A DNA stretch of 64,000 nt from a virus, in IMG/VR virus record IMGVR_UViG_3300025137_000016; one strand, given 5' to 3'. Positions 27,933 to 35,762 of this stretch are shown here, in pieces; position 1 is the stretch's first letter, and each line of letters opens with the position of its first letter. The position numbers and the translations under genes are program-made. The notes under the pieces are model-generated. The model did no database searches. It saw only the letters and a list, made by a program, of their open reading frames with translations, and was not told where the DNA came from.

Positions 27933-29113
27933 AGTATTTACACACAGATAATAAAGATAAAGAATATGTAGATTGGCGACTCCCTGAAAATAGGGAGAAA
28001 GGTTTTCTATTATGGTTAGATTGGCGACTAACTTATAATGACCTCGACCATTACATGACAGCCAACATATTTCGCGATGCTACTGGCGATAAATCCCCTA
28101 CAAAAAAACCTATGACTGAAGAACAGCGACTCTGGTACTGTTTAATCTTTGGTTGCACCTATCAAACAGAAATGGCTTGGGCGATATATTGGAACTTTCC
28201 AAATCTATTGGAAATTGATTTACAAGAATTAGAAGAATGGAATGTTGAGCATTTAGATAAACAAAGATATGCTCGTGATACAAAATATAATAAAGGTAGA
28301 ATTGCTGAACAAGTAAGATCTATGCAACAATTGATTATGCCCTATGGTTCTATTAAAGCATGGGTAGATAATCAATTAAGAGATAACCCAAGTGAATCCT
28401 TTTTTAATATGTATGAGGAAGCACAGAAGATACACAAGTATGGTAGAATGACTACATGGTTATTTTGTCAAGCATTAAAAGAAACAGCCGAAGTACCCTT
28501 AGAGCCTGACACAATGTTAGCTACTGACAAATCTAACTGGAGTGTTAGATCTGGTCTTTGTTATTTAAAAGGTTGGGATAATCTTATTGAAGCCAAAGGT
28601 GCGAAGCTCGGAAAAGATGATATGCTGAATGTGGCTGAAGCAGAAAAATATATTTTTGCCAAAGCTAAAGATAATGTTTCGCCAGAAAATTCTAAAGTGC
28701 TTACAAACTTTTTATTAGAATCCCACCTATGTCAATATAAGAAACTAATGCTTGGTGGCGATTATGGTGGGCACTCTTCAGGTGATCATTATTCTAGAGG
28801 AAGTTTTTTAAAAGAAAAATGGGAGGGTATAGTGAACTATGATGCGTTCTTTGAAGATGCTATTACTAAGCATCACCCACTCGTACAGAAAAAAAGGGAA
28901 AGTCTTGCCCTAAGAGATTTATGTAAGAAAACAGGTCAAATGATTAACCTTCATCAAGATTATGATTTTATGCCAGATATGTATAAGGAAACAGGAATGG
29001 ATCCTAACTGGTTCTATAACAAGGGTGCTTATGAGAAAGAAGCAGTCAAATGTATAGATGCGTATCAGCTAAAGATGAGTGAAGAGAAATTCGGCTTGGA
29101 GGTTTACTTTTAA
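27929..29113 (+). CDS. aGPT-Pplase / amino acid:DNA transferase-like protein (HhH glycosylase fold)
   Basis: RLW...FG.TY....AW, D.KY.KG, YGRM..W.F...L, RSGL, LES.LC.YKK pattern; context with TET/JBP and P-loop kinase. Confidence 0.7.
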   Translation: MKYLHTDNKDKEYVDWRLPENREKGFLLWLDWRLTYNDLDHYMTANIFRDATGDKSPTKKPMTEEQRLWYCLIFGCTYQTEMAWAIYWNFPNLLEIDLQELEEWNVEHLDKQRYARDTKYNKGRIAEQVRSMQQLIMPYGSIKAWVDNQLRDNPSESFFNMYEEAQKIHKYGRMTTWLFCQALKETAEVPLEPDTMLATDKSNWSVRSGLCYLKGWDNLIEAKGAKLGKDDMLNVAEAEKYIFAKAKDNVSPENSKVLTNFLLESHLCQYKKLMLGGDYGGHSSGDHYSRGSFLKEKWEGIVNYDAFFEDAITKHHPLVQKKRESLALRDLCKKTGQMINLHQDYDFMPDMYKETGMDPNWFYNKGAYEKEAVKCIDAYQLKMSEEKFGLEVYF

Positions 29114-29131
29114 GTTTTTCTAGTATAGAAT
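29103..29131 (+). promoter_or_regulatory. Class B promoter for inositol synthase operon
   Basis: TIGHT match TTTACT-17-TAGAAT overlapping the upstream stop codon. Confidence 0.75.
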
Positions 29132-29212
29132 TCTTATATATAAATGAAAAGTGTGCTAATCTGATCCAGTCAAATCCCACACTCTAATAAACTGATATAA
29201 AGGAGAAAAAAT

Positions 29213-30490
29213 ATGTCAAAAATTAAGGTCGCCATTATTGGCACTGGTAATTGTGCAAAGTCGGTAGTCGAAGGTGTGCAATACTATACTCAAAATCCCC
29301 AAGATAAAGTAGGATTAATGTATCCAGATATAGGAGGATACACTGTAGAAGATATCGAATTCGTTTGTGGTTTCGATGTTGATCCTAGAAAAGTCGGGAA
29401 ACCATTACAACAAGCATTAAGAGCAGCACCAAACTGTGCCATGCATCATGTATCAGAAATTGATGATACTTGTATAGCAAAAGACAGTATGGTATATTCT
29501 AGTCCAGAACTAGATGGAGTTGCTTCACACATGCTTGACTATCCAGAAGCAGTATCATTTAGAACAGGAGCAGAAACTGCTTTATCTAAAAAACAAGTTG
29601 CTCATACTTTAAACTTCCACAAGGTTGATGTTATTATTAACTATCTTCCAGTTGGTTCTGAAAAAGCAACAGAGTTTTATATAGACGCAGCAGTAATGGC
29701 TGGTGTTCATTTTGTAAACTGTATTCCAACTCTTATTGAAACTGAAAAGACTAAAGTCATAGAACAGAAGTTCATTGATGCTGGTCTTACTATTGTCGGA
29801 TCTGATATGAGATCTGCATGGGGTGCTTCTAGATTATCTGAAGTATTACAGGGAGCGATGTTAGATTCTGGTCTACAAGTGACGCAACATATTCAAATGA
29901 ATATGGCAGCAGGATCTACACAAGGTCAAGAAACTATTAGAACAGGAAGAACAGCAAATACTGACTTCTTAAATATGGCTTATAAAGAAAGATTAAAATC
30001 TAAACATATTTCTAAAGAGAATGTTTTAAAAGGTCAGAATCTAGTTAGAGATGAATCTATCGCAGGTATGACTTTGTATGCTGGTCCAAGTTTAACAGTA
30101 TTCCAAAAACCTGGAGGAGAATATGTTGGCTCTGATAATAAGATTGCCAATTTAGATATAGTCGCCTATGGTTTTGGTGGGGCAAGGTATGAATTATCTG
30201 CAAGGATGTCAGTACAAGATTCGCCAAACTCTGGAGGTGTAGTTGTATCAGCTATTCGTTTCTGTAAGGTTGCTTCTGAAATGCAAGTAGTTGGATTCTT
30301 AAGAGGTCCATCAGCTTGGACGCAAAAGACTCCACCTGTACAATTAAAAACAGAAGATGCTAAGTTTGAATGTGATGCATTAGCTAGACGTGAACTTACT
30401 AAGATGACTGAACCACAGTTAGTTGTAAACAAACCAAAAGCAAAAGATCTAGCATATACATATCAAAAAGGTGAAACTGATTATGAATAG
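29213..30490 (+). CDS. ino1: myo-inositol-1-phosphate synthase
   Basis: KVAIIGTGNCA.S.V.GV.YY, NYLPVGSEKA, FVNCIP, NTDFLNM, SK.ISK, DSPNSGGV...AIR.CK. Confidence 0.9.
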   Translation: MSKIKVAIIGTGNCAKSVVEGVQYYTQNPQDKVGLMYPDIGGYTVEDIEFVCGFDVDPRKVGKPLQQALRAAPNCAMHHVSEIDDTCIAKDSMVYSSPELDGVASHMLDYPEAVSFRTGAETALSKKQVAHTLNFHKVDVIINYLPVGSEKATEFYIDAAVMAGVHFVNCIPTLIETEKTKVIEQKFIDAGLTIVGSDMRSAWGASRLSEVLQGAMLDSGLQVTQHIQMNMAAGSTQGQETIRTGRTANTDFLNMAYKERLKSKHISKENVLKGQNLVRDESIAGMTLYAGPSLTVFQKPGGEYVGSDNKIANLDIVAYGFGGARYELSARMSVQDSPNSGGVVVSAIRFCKVASEMQVVGFLRGPSAWTQKTPPVQLKTEDAKFECDALARRELTKMTEPQLVVNKPKAKDLAYTYQKGETDYE

Positions 30491-30893
30491 AAGAATCAAT
30501 ACTTTTGATATTGATGGTGTTATCTATATGGGTAAGCACGATGGTGTTTATCCAGGAAAAAGTGATGTCATTATTACAGGTAGATCTATAGATGAGTGGG
30601 ATGAAACTACTGCTATGCTACAAGCAAAAGGCATTAAGAATGAAGTCTTTATGAATCCAGCAAGGTTTGAAAATAAAACTAGACAAGGTTCTGGTATTCA
30701 TAAAGGCAACATTATAAAAATGTTAAGAGTTCAAAGAGAGATAGAAATAGGAATACATTTTGATGACGATCCTATACAAATAAAAGAGATCGAAAGAATA
30801 AATCCTGATATCACATGTGTACTATTATCCCATGAATTAGTGGATAAAGAAAACTGTAGACATGTAAACTTCTTTGAGTCTGGAGGAGAATAA
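30483..30893 (+). CDS. HAD-superfamily phosphatase
   Basis: FDIDGV motif I, ITGR motif II, K, HFDDD motif IV. Confidence 0.8.
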   Translation: MNRRINTFDIDGVIYMGKHDGVYPGKSDVIITGRSIDEWDETTAMLQAKGIKNEVFMNPARFENKTRQGSGIHKGNIIKMLRVQREIEIGIHFDDDPIQIKEIERINPDITCVLLSHELVDKENCRHVNFFESGGE

Positions 30894-31468
30894 TGATTAT
30901 AGCAATTGGTGGAGAACCAGCAACAGGTAAATCTACATTGATGAAACAATGGATGAAAGATTATACTTGGGATGATGTCAAGTGTACAGATCTATTATAT
31001 GGTATGCACTGTCAAGAGCTGAATACTATTGTTCTCGGAAAAGACTATTTCAATGAAGAACAGATGTTCTGTGGTACTGATAGACTATCAATGGCAGTAC
31101 AACCTAAAGCCATTGAGTGGTTTAAAACCTCATACAAGCCATCTGGGGTTAATATCGTATTTGAGGGAGATAGGTTGTTTAGTGCTTCATTTCTTGGCGA
31201 AATGACCTCTCAGGGACACGATATACGCATCATTTACATAAAGGCAGACCAAAGTACCCTAGACGAAAGACATGTCTCCAGGAACGATAATCAGGACGAT
31301 AAGTTCCTAAAATCAAGGAAAACCAAGCTATCTAACATATTATCCAACTTCGAGCTTATGCCCTACATTGAAGAGTTTACAAATAATACAATTGAAGATC
31401 AGTCGGTCTTAGTGGAATTAATCTTAAAGGAACTAAATAGTAGTGATGGCAAAATGGTACAGGGATAA
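30893..31468 (+). CDS. P-loop nucleotide kinase (modified-base kinase-like)
   Basis: GGEPATGKST, GTDRLSM, FEGDRL, lid R...R. Confidence 0.8.
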   Translation: MIIAIGGEPATGKSTLMKQWMKDYTWDDVKCTDLLYGMHCQELNTIVLGKDYFNEEQMFCGTDRLSMAVQPKAIEWFKTSYKPSGVNIVFEGDRLFSASFLGEMTSQGHDIRIIYIKADQSTLDERHVSRNDNQDDKFLKSRKTKLSNILSNFELMPYIEEFTNNTIEDQSVLVELILKELNSSDGKMVQG

Positions 31469-32006
31469 GGCAACCATTTCAGTACGAGGTGGCGATGCTC
31501 CAACTAGAAAACTCATAAGAGAGATGGCACACTATTGTGCTAAAAAACTTATGACTGTTCAACTCCGAACTCAAGTCACAATAAATTTCGTAATTACAAA
31601 AGACCTTTACTTAACTGAAAAGGTCCAAGGACTATCTTGGATTGATTGCGAAGAATATCGTCCAAAGAAATTTAAAATACAAGTAGAACACGAATCCAAA
31701 TTAAGACCTTTATTAGAAACTGTAGCACATGAGATGGTACATATAAAACAATGGGCATCTGGTGATATGTATGAATATTCAGATGGTAATAGAACTCGCT
31801 ACAAAAAGAAACAATATAATAATCAAAAAATAGATTATTGGGATTCGCCATGGGAAGTAGAAGCACATGGTAAAGAGGTTGGTCTATTTGTTCGTTTTTG
31901 TGAAGATGAGGGTTATAAAGATGAGAAGTGGGCAAAGGTCGATTTCTTAAAACCTGAATATGCAAAAAGAATCGCAAAACATATAAAAGCAAAAAGAAAA
32001 AAATAG
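31446..32006 (+). CDS. Zincin/SprT-like metallopeptidase
   Basis: AHEMVHIKQ, Y...PWE.EA. Confidence 0.75.
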   Translation: MAKWYRDKATISVRGGDAPTRKLIREMAHYCAKKLMTVQLRTQVTINFVITKDLYLTEKVQGLSWIDCEEYRPKKFKIQVEHESKLRPLLETVAHEMVHIKQWASGDMYEYSDGNRTRYKKKQYNNQKIDYWDSPWEVEAHGKEVGLFVRFCEDEGYKDEKWAKVDFLKPEYAKRIAKHIKAKRKK

Positions 32007-32009
32007 TCC

Positions 32010-32037
32010 TTTACTTTTGTTCAAAAATAGTTAGAAT
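32010..32037 (+). promoter_or_regulatory. Promoter TTTACT-16-TAGAAT
   Basis: Same -35 box as the other promoters, 16-nt spacer. Confidence 0.6.
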
Positions 32038-32047
32038 AAATAGTATT

Positions 32048-33460
32048 ATGGCAAATATATTTAAAGATAAATATCCCACAGGTCACAAGGTCGTGATCAA
32101 AGACAGGCAAGGCTTAACCAAAGTCGGTCCCATCATTCCTAGCATTATCACTCAAGCAAAAGCAAACATCAATCCAGGAAGTACTGTATTTGAATTAGAG
32201 AAAACAAGATTTACTAATTTAAAATATGAAATAAATCTTTCTAAATCTGGTGTTGCTCAAGAAATATATATGAGGAAGAGTGGTCACCTGTATAAGTTCA
32301 TTGGTTCTAAAAGTGTATTAGAAGGTATCTTCAGTCATGCTGGTGATGGAACTTCAGCAAAATCTGATACGAATTCTAAAACTGAATGCCAAGAATTAGT
32401 GTCTTTACATTTATTCGAGCAAAAATTAAAGTTTGGAAAAGATCAAGATTATGATTATATCGAATCATGCCTGCCTACTAAATTAAGAAAGTTCTTTAAT
32501 GAAGATTTCTATGAAAGTGCTAAAAAACAACTAGCACTATTCCTCAGCAAACACCCCAAGCTATTCACAGGTCCAGGATTCATATTTGAATTACAACTAG
32601 CCAGTCCTGCAACAAAAAGAATATATGCTAATGCTCTAAAGTTATCTAAACTGAATAAGGATAACTGGAATCCAGCTGATATGTGGATCGTGAGTAAGAG
32701 TTTAGATTATGATGTTTATGAAACTGCCACTGATATCCAATCAGTTAATAAACAACTAATCGCAGATTATCAAGCTGGACTTCTAGTTGGAATATCTCTA
32801 AAGAAAATCTTGCCAGGACAATTAGGTCAGATACAATTTATTAATACCTCGGAAACAAAAAAGAAAGAAACTAAATTTGATTTCAGTTTTGAGTTAAATG
32901 CTTTGACAGGAAGATCAAAAGCCAAAGATAAAATTAATGGTAATGCTTTTAATAACTTTATCATCTACACAAAATCAGGCTTTGGTATTCGTGGTGGGTT
33001 TAAAGCATCATCAACAACTTATAGTGTATCACTAGAGGGAAGATTTAAAAACTCTGGTTCACAGGTTGGTGGTATGGATGCTAAAGTTGTACCCAAAGAA
33101 TTTGTTAAGAGATATGGATATACATTAAGACAGGGTGGCATTCCTAATATTAAAGCAGAAGAAAAAATAGCATTACAAGAAATGAAAGAGATCTATGCAA
33201 AACATGGTGACAAGGTATCAGTATCAACAGACATGAATACCTATGCTGACTTTCTAAAAGTTTACAAAGGTGCGAATGATTTTGAGAAACAAAGATTGTG
33301 TCGTATCTCTTCTATGCTATATCCATTCATGGTATTGGCTTTTAATAAGCCGAAGAAGAAACAGAAGCAGACTGAATTTGAAAATTTAATGGACTGGAGT
33401 TATTCCCTAGCGAAGAAAGAAACAGCAGTTGGTGGCTTCTATGTCATCGTAAAACCATAA
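32048..33460 (+). CDS. Hypothetical protein, possible restriction-endonuclease-fold nuclease
   Basis: QE...KDNWNPADMW...GISLKK resembles a PD-(D/E)xK variant. Confidence 0.45.
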   Translation: MANIFKDKYPTGHKVVIKDRQGLTKVGPIIPSIITQAKANINPGSTVFELEKTRFTNLKYEINLSKSGVAQEIYMRKSGHLYKFIGSKSVLEGIFSHAGDGTSAKSDTNSKTECQELVSLHLFEQKLKFGKDQDYDYIESCLPTKLRKFFNEDFYESAKKQLALFLSKHPKLFTGPGFIFELQLASPATKRIYANALKLSKLNKDNWNPADMWIVSKSLDYDVYETATDIQSVNKQLIADYQAGLLVGISLKKILPGQLGQIQFINTSETKKKETKFDFSFELNALTGRSKAKDKINGNAFNNFIIYTKSGFGIRGGFKASSTTYSVSLEGRFKNSGSQVGGMDAKVVPKEFVKRYGYTLRQGGIPNIKAEEKIALQEMKEIYAKHGDKVSVSTDMNTYADFLKVYKGANDFEKQRLCRISSMLYPFMVLAFNKPKKKQKQTEFENLMDWSYSLAKKETAVGGFYVIVKP

Positions 33461-33475
33461 ATATCCATACCATTA

Positions 33476-33560
33476 GTTATAAGTCCTTGATTTCATATAA
33501 CAAAATAAACTAAAAAAAAGTGAGAAAGTTCTTTACTTTTGCCTCAAAATAAGGTAAGAT
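33476..33560 (+). promoter_or_regulatory. Class A promoter element, copy 3
   Basis: 26-bp box identical to copy 2; TTTACT 33532-33537, TAAGAT 33555-33560. Confidence 0.8.
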
Positions 33561-33594
33561 ATAGGTATATTAAATAAAAAAAGAGGTAAATAAT

Positions 33595-33963
33595 ATGAAT
33601 AAAGAAAATAACGAAACAATAGATCTAGGAATTTATGATAGAGGTCGTTCGACTTTTAACACTATTACAATCTGTGGTACTGAATACACTAGACAAGGTG
33701 AGTTTTGGAACTACAGCTGGTCAACTACTCAAGATGCTGTTGCAATGTACAAAGACGAATTTTACATTGATGAGAATGATATTGTTAGATGGAACTCTAA
33801 TGATAGAGAACCATTCGGTGATATGCTTCTTGACTTTGAAGAAGCTGGTCTTATCAAACTTAAACATGTTTTCAGAACTTGTGAGTCTAGAGATAAAGCG
33901 ACTGAAGCATTTTGGGCAACACATGACATCTCTGAATTTGTTACAAAAAGACCAGGTGAATAA
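33595..33963 (+). CDS. Hypothetical early protein
   Basis: GAGGT SD, directly behind class A promoter. Confidence 0.7.
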   Translation: MNKENNETIDLGIYDRGRSTFNTITICGTEYTRQGEFWNYSWSTTQDAVAMYKDEFYIDENDIVRWNSNDREPFGDMLLDFEEAGLIKLKHVFRTCESRDKATEAFWATHDISEFVTKRPGE

Positions 33964-33964
33964 T

Positions 33965-34144
33965 ATGAGTTGCGACGTGAGAGATAATATAGCTGATAGA
34001 ATAATTGACGATGTTGCAGACTTCAGTTCGCAACAGGTATTCCAGGAATTAAAGGATAGAGGAATCGTTCTTCATTATTCTGAAGTCCCAAGGGATGTTC
34101 TAGTTGAAGTGCTGTATGAGGAAAAAATGGGGTTTTATATTTGA
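33965..34144 (+). CDS. Hypothetical protein (59 aa)
   Basis: ATG 2 nt after upstream stop; C-terminal part of track ORF 33635-34144. Confidence 0.55.
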   Translation: MSCDVRDNIADRIIDDVADFSSQQVFQELKDRGIVLHYSEVPRDVLVEVLYEEKMGFYI

Positions 34145-34163
34145 AACCTAAATATTTTTTTTC

Positions 34164-34223
34164 TAAGTCCTTGATTCTAAATGAAAGAATTGTCTTTACT
34201 TTTGGTTCAAAAAGTAGTAAGAT
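34164..34223 (+). promoter_or_regulatory. Class A promoter element, shortened copy 4
   Basis: TAAGTCCTTGATT core, TTTACT 34195-34200, TAAGAT 34218-34223. Confidence 0.75.
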
Positions 34224-34257
34224 AAGGGTATATTAATTGATAATGAGAGGAAAAAAT

Positions 34258-34449
34258 ATGAGACCAATAACAATACACGATAAACTAGTAAGACTAGTCG
34301 AAAGACTAGAAAATGGTTCTTTGTCAAAAGCACAAGCTGTGACAATAGCTAAAAGTATGTGGAAACAAATCACTCCACTTCTACAAGTTAAAATGACTCC
34401 AGAGGAGTTAGTTAATGAGTGGCATACTGAACAATACAGGGGAGAGTAG
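34258..34449 (+). CDS. Hypothetical early protein
   Basis: GAGG SD behind class A promoter. Confidence 0.6.
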   Translation: MRPITIHDKLVRLVERLENGSLSKAQAVTIAKSMWKQITPLLQVKMTPEELVNEWHTEQYRGE

Positions 34450-34455
34450 CCAAAT

Positions 34456-35703
34456 ATGCTAAAAAGTTTTAAGACGATGTTGACCGAACAGAAAAATGTT
34501 CACATGGAACATATTGAAGATCTTATCTTTGATGAGGGAGTTGTGGGTACACGTCGTGCGATAAACTTTATGCAAGGCATGCGTGACATGTTAGCAGGTG
34601 CATCTACCACTAAAGTAAATGCCACTGTTAAATGGGATGGTGCTCCAGCAATCTTTGCTGGTACTGATCCAAGAAATGGAAAAAAGTTTGTTGCCAAAAA
34701 AGGTATCTTCAATAAAGATCCTAAAGTTTATTACACACCTGCTGATGTCAAAAAAGATACTGCTGGTGATTTACAAGCAAAGTTATTAATCTGTTTAAAA
34801 TACTTGCCTAAGATTCTTCCAGATAAAGGTATCTTCCAAGGTGACTTAATGTGGGCAGGTCGTAATGATTTAAAATTAAAAAATATAGATGGTCAGTCTA
34901 TGGTGACTTTTCAACCTAATACTATTGTCTATGCTGTTCCTGCGATATCTCCATTATCAAATGACATTCGTCGTGCTCATATGGGTATCGTCTGGCATAC
35001 TGAATATGCTGGAAATACATTTGATACTCTTAGAGCATCGTTTGGTAAAAACATTGCTAAGAAAATGAAACAATCTGGACCACTAGGTGGCGATGTTTGG
35101 TTTGATGATGCTACTTATAAAGATGTGTCTGGGCAAGGTGCTATGACTGCTAAAGAGACTGCTGCAATTACTAAGCAATTATCTGCTGTCGGAACGCAAT
35201 TTAGAAATGTAGATGCTGGTGTTGTAAATAGCATTCAAGCTAACAAAGACTTGCTTATTAATATCAAGACATTCAACAATACTAAAATAAGAGCAGGTCA
35301 AAGAATTACAAATCCAAGTCAGCATGTGACACAGATGTTTCATTATATATCTGACAAGTATCAAAAAGAGATTGATGCTAAGAAAACTCCAGCTGGTAAA
35401 AAGACTTGGGAAGCTAAAAAGAAAGAGATATTATCATTCTTTAAAAACGATAAAGCAAAGATTGTTCAGATCTTTAAATTGATGAATTTACTAGTGGATG
35501 CCAAGCAAACACTTATTAATAAGATGAACCAAATCGGATCTATGAAAACTTTTGTTCGTACTGCAAATGGATATAAAGTGACTGGAGTAGAGGGATTTGT
35601 AGCTATTGATAAGATGTCAGGCAAAGCTGTAAAACTCGTCGATAGATTAGAATTCTCTAGACTTAATTTTAGTCCAGAAATTTTGAAGGGATGGAATAAA
35701 TAA
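34456..35703 (+). CDS. Conserved T4-like protein with ligase-type nucleotidyltransferase motifs (DUF6267-like)
   Basis: H.EH.ED, TVKWDGAP (KxDG), QGDL, EGFVA, VKLVDR. Confidence 0.65.
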   Translation: MLKSFKTMLTEQKNVHMEHIEDLIFDEGVVGTRRAINFMQGMRDMLAGASTTKVNATVKWDGAPAIFAGTDPRNGKKFVAKKGIFNKDPKVYYTPADVKKDTAGDLQAKLLICLKYLPKILPDKGIFQGDLMWAGRNDLKLKNIDGQSMVTFQPNTIVYAVPAISPLSNDIRRAHMGIVWHTEYAGNTFDTLRASFGKNIAKKMKQSGPLGGDVWFDDATYKDVSGQGAMTAKETAAITKQLSAVGTQFRNVDAGVVNSIQANKDLLINIKTFNNTKIRAGQRITNPSQHVTQMFHYISDKYQKEIDAKKTPAGKKTWEAKKKEILSFFKNDKAKIVQIFKLMNLLVDAKQTLINKMNQIGSMKTFVRTANGYKVTGVEGFVAIDKMSGKAVKLVDRLEFSRLNFSPEILKGWNK

Positions 35704-35762
35704 TTACTAAATATAGGTATTGCGAGCAATACTGCTCTATTATAAATCGATGGGAAATATAA

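Noticed and set aside
33635-33964. N-terminal part of track ORF 33635-34144
   Set aside because: It overlaps 33595-33963 out of frame. The coupled ATG at 33965 is the more plausible start.
8486-34223. Repeated ~85-bp elements as CRISPR repeats, att sites or mobile-element ends
   Set aside because: They are dispersed, all in the same orientation, and each ends in a -35/-10 pair before a gene. No spacers, integrase or transposase.
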